Source of the DNA: Stegostoma tigrinum
Lineage: Eukaryota
Length of the DNA: 64,000 bases
Reading direction: 5' to 3'
Assembly: GCF_030684315.1 (NCBI RefSeq)
Contig: NC_081359.1
Span: forward strand, 97,360,925 to 97,424,924
In this document: piece by piece, positions 60,915 through 64,000 of the stretch
How positions within the stretch are numbered: the stretch's first letter is position 1
Layout: every line of letters begins with the position of its first letter
Notes under the pieces: model-generated
The model's input: the letters and a program-made list of their open reading frames with translations, nothing else
Databases searched by the model: none
Told to the model about the DNA's origin: nothing
Program-made: the position numbers and the translations under genes

Positions 60915-61255
60915 TGCATTAATGGATGTTGACCTTGCCGGCAAGGTCAACATCCACTGTCCAGCCCAACTGGTGAATTGTCTGTCTGAATACAACTGCC
61001 GGTCCATTTCAGGGGAGCGCTCCTAAGAGTCAGCCACATTGCTGTGGATATGGAGTCACATAAGCAATACGGCAGATATCATCCTTAACGGGGCATTTAC
61101 GCACTATAGGGGTTTTCTCATAGTCATGGTCACCACTATTGATAATAGATTTACTTAATTGCTTGTGTTCAAATTCCACCAGATTACTATTTGAACTCTT
61201 GCCTCCTTTAAAGAGTCAATGGGGTCTACGAATTTCTAGTTTAGTAACAAACTCT
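60915..61255 (-). mobile_element. Deu-SINE-like (SacSINE1-type) SINE, degraded
   Basis: taagagtcagccacattgctgtgg..tggagtcaca and a head complementary to 43430-43540. Confidence 0.6.
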
Positions 61256-61341
61256 CAATGCAAACATACTACCCTAGATCAGAAAATAATTGAAAATATT
61301 ACTGAATACTGAAATACACTGTCTGAAAAGTTCACTTTTAC

Positions 61342-61466
61342 CTGGATTTCAGCTGTAATTGCAGCATTCAGTGCCGACTCTAAACCCCCATCTGCCATCA
61401 AACTGCTCACTAACAGGTCAATCATAAATCGACGGCCTGGACTTACATTCATTTCATTCCCTGAAA
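61342..61466 (-). CDS. HERC2: HERC2 coding exon (125 nt)
   Basis: attaag|(V)SGNEMNVSPGRRFMIDLLVSSLMADGGLESALNAAITAEIQ|gtaaaa. An in-frame alternative acceptor lies 6 nt downstream. Confidence 0.9.
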
Positions 61467-61799
61467 CTTAATGATCAATAAAATAAAATTAATGCTGAAT
61501 ATGCACAACACGGCTACATTTTTACATCTTTGCACAGTGGACTTAGTGGCGGCTAGATACTGGTCTTTCATGCACGGAAACTGAGTTAGACTAAAAGAAT
61601 AAATCTCACCAAAGTTTGGTACTAATTAGAAACATCCTCAGGTAGGGCATATGGTGCTTATCGAATTTGGAGTTAAAGTACCAGTTAAAAGTTAAATAAG
61701 TGAGGGTTTCACTCTTCTCAAAGACCTACTTCTTTGGAACAAGTCTGTTTCCCCTTTCCATGACCAACACAAGTCAGGAAAAAAAATTCCCAGCCTTAC

Positions 61800-62028
61800 C
61801 TGCATTAGGTAGCAAAGCTGAAAGGGCTCTGGCTCTTTCCTCTGCTGTGGGGAGCAACACAGACCATCCACTTTGCAACACAGCCTGTGCTGATGATTGA
61901 ACCGTATTGAGAACTCCAGCATTGCTGGCAAGAGTCACCACAGTCTGCTTCAAGCTATTCAATAGAACACCGCCTATGCCTAAACCAAGACATTCTGGGT
62001 CAACCTGATGGCTAATAGCAGCGTGAAG
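61800..62028 (-). CDS. HERC2: HERC2 coding exon (229 nt)
   Basis: ttctag|LHAAISHQVDPECLGLGIGGVLLNSLKQTVVTLASNAG...ALSALLPNA g|gtaagg. Confidence 0.95.
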
Positions 62029-62558
62029 CTAGAATAGAAAAGAGAAAGAAATAACATATTTGGACTTGTTCATACAAATTGAAATTACTGAAGAGAAAGA
62101 CATGTTGATATAGGGTTATGTATTGCACTAACCAGGACAAGTGCAAGAACACCAAATTTCAAAGCTTCATGACAATACTACAAGAGAAAACGGTGCTAAC
62201 TGATTGGAAAGCAGCATCTGCTCACTGTCTATATCAGTGGTATTTGCCATTGAAACAATACTGCTATCAATTCAAAAAGATGCTCTGCTGGCAATATAAT
62301 TAAGGAAATGTACCAATGTACATGTATGAATTTCATTGCCAGTGCTATATCAGCTACATTAGCTGTATAGCACATGGGTGAATGAATCAAACATGTTTCT
62401 TCAGTTCTTTGTTTTCAGCAGAGGACTAACACTCAACCATCATCTGATGTGATTCTTTGATTAGGCAGCACTGCTCAACAATCTTTGGTGCACTAATAGT
62501 TACACTGACAGCCATTTTAAAGCTAAGTAGTTGAGCTCAAAACATGGCTCATTTACTA

Positions 62559-62760
62559 GTGAGTTTTGAGTAGATTTGTAGCTCAGGTTGAGGTTCTGGA
62601 TGTAAGTTTGCTCGCTGAGCTGGGAGGTTCGTTTTCAGACGTTTCGTCACCATTCTAGGTAACATCATCAGTGAGCCTCCGACGAAGCGCTGGTGTTATG
62701 TCCCGCTTTCTATTTATCTGTTTAGGTTTCCTTGGGTTGGTGATGTCATTTCCTGCATTT
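62559..62760 (-). mobile_element. Solo family A PLE terminus with intact minimal HHR (62635-62674)
   Basis: Closely matches the reverse complement of 26770-26968, including the tail. Confidence 0.9.
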
Positions 62761-63646
62761 CAGACCATTCTGATGGGGATGTGTGTGTGGAGGAATTGCA
62801 TATCTACAGTAATTAGGCAGCAGTTAGGGCCAGATAAACTGGAATTGTTGAAGTGACAAAAAGAGTCAGAAGAGTCACAAATGTGGATGGAAAGAATCTG
62901 GTCAAGAGCAACAAATATAGTCAAGTATTAAGAAATAAGCTCAATGGGACAGGAAAAGGTTGATTCTTTGGGTACATCAGGACAGTTTTGGTTTGGATTT
63001 TGGGAAGAATGTAGACATGGCTGTATGCAGTTGGGGAGGCCTATAACATGGAAAACTGAAGAGAGGGAGGATCTTCAGAGGAAATGAAATCATGGTCAGT
63101 CCTCAAAATAAACGTTTTAATGCTCCGCAGTGTGATCATAGACCGGGGAGTTTCTGAGAACTGGCACTAAGCCTCGACAAGACTGAGGCTGGGATGCCAG
63201 GTAACAACAGCACCACCCTTCTTGGCAATTTTGATTTACAAAAGTCAGGGTTTGACTTGAGAGGAGAGTACAGGAAGTTCAGAGAGAGACGGATCAAACT
63301 GGTTGATGGAACTAGAAAAATCCAGGCAACTAATGTTACACCAACAGTTGCCAAAATAAACATATCAGAGGAAGGAGTCCAAATAGACAGGAAGAGCCAG
63401 AGATGGATGAGTGTCCATTGACCAGAAGGCTGCTCCTGCCTCTACAGATCCAGCTCCAAACGGTCAGTCTGAGACCTCTGTCTGTCTTCCACAAACTTAG
63501 GCTCAAATAGTCCACATCCACCACCACCACCTAGCTGAGCTTGTGCTCTCATTTACCACTTCGTCTTTTATCTCACTTTCCCACTTCAGACGTGTTGGCT
63601 TGAGTATCCACATGAGCCTGAGATAAGCTCACCATTGCAGAGGTGT

Positions 63647-63845
63647 AGAACATAGAACACAGAACATAGAAAAGTACAGCACAGTACAGGCCCTTTGGCC
63701 CACAATGTTGTGCCATGGATTGATCCTAATCCAAAAATAAAATAACCTAACCCACATTCCCCTCAATTCACTGCTGTCCATGTGCATGTCCAGCAGTCGC
63801 TTAAATGTCACCAATGACTCTGCTTCCACAACTACCACTGGCAAA
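63647..63845 (-). mobile_element. CR1/HER1-type LINE 3' end
   Basis: (agaacat)n tail and VVEAESLVTFKRLLDMHM. Confidence 0.85.
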
Positions 63846-64000
63846 TATGTGGAACATTCTTTGAGTCAGTCCTACTCAAGACCCTCCCAGAACTTTTGTC
63901 AGTACATACATGACCATGTCAGTGCCACTACTTGCTCTCATCTGGAACTGGACAATTGCGTGAATCTTGTCTCCAATTTTCATCCTTCTCTCACTTCACC

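Larger units (their letters stand above)
1010..62028 (-). other. HERC2: HERC2 gene, internal portion (27 coding exons; gene continues beyond both window ends)
   Basis: The spliced translation runs LHAAISHQVDP...ILSQPAVFETGPLCT and matches vertebrate HERC2 as I recall it (roughly human aa 840-2360). All introns are GT-AG and phases agree across 4546 nt. Confidence 0.97.

Noticed and set aside
1-64000. Prokaryotic systems (CRISPR arrays, operons, defence islands)
   Set aside because: The sequence is a spliced vertebrate gene. The repeats are dispersed retroelement ends, not regularly spaced arrays.

Overview
Eukaryotic genomic DNA from a cartilaginous fish, probably a shark (inferred from the HE1/V-SINE, Deu-SINE-like, CR1/HER1-type LINE and Penelope content). 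The window lies inside HERC2 on the minus strand. I traced 27 consecutive coding exons by hand from 62028 down to 1010 (4546 nt, about 1515 codons). All have GT-AG boundaries and matching phases, and they include the cytochrome-b5-like and MIB/HERC2 domains. The introns are full of retroelements. The most unusual signal is a set of Penelope-like element (PLE) insertions from three families whose 3' termini carry minimal hammerhead-ribozyme (HHR) cores. Many are fold-back structures with both 3' ends pointing outward, from about 2.7 kb down to about 200 bp. The small ones are flanked by 12-14 bp target-site duplications (TSDs), and usually only one arm carries a ~30-50 nt tail. One ~280 bp copy is circularly permuted at that same tail boundary. 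No searches were run. Family names come from motif recognition, and TE boundaries are approximate unless a TSD is given.
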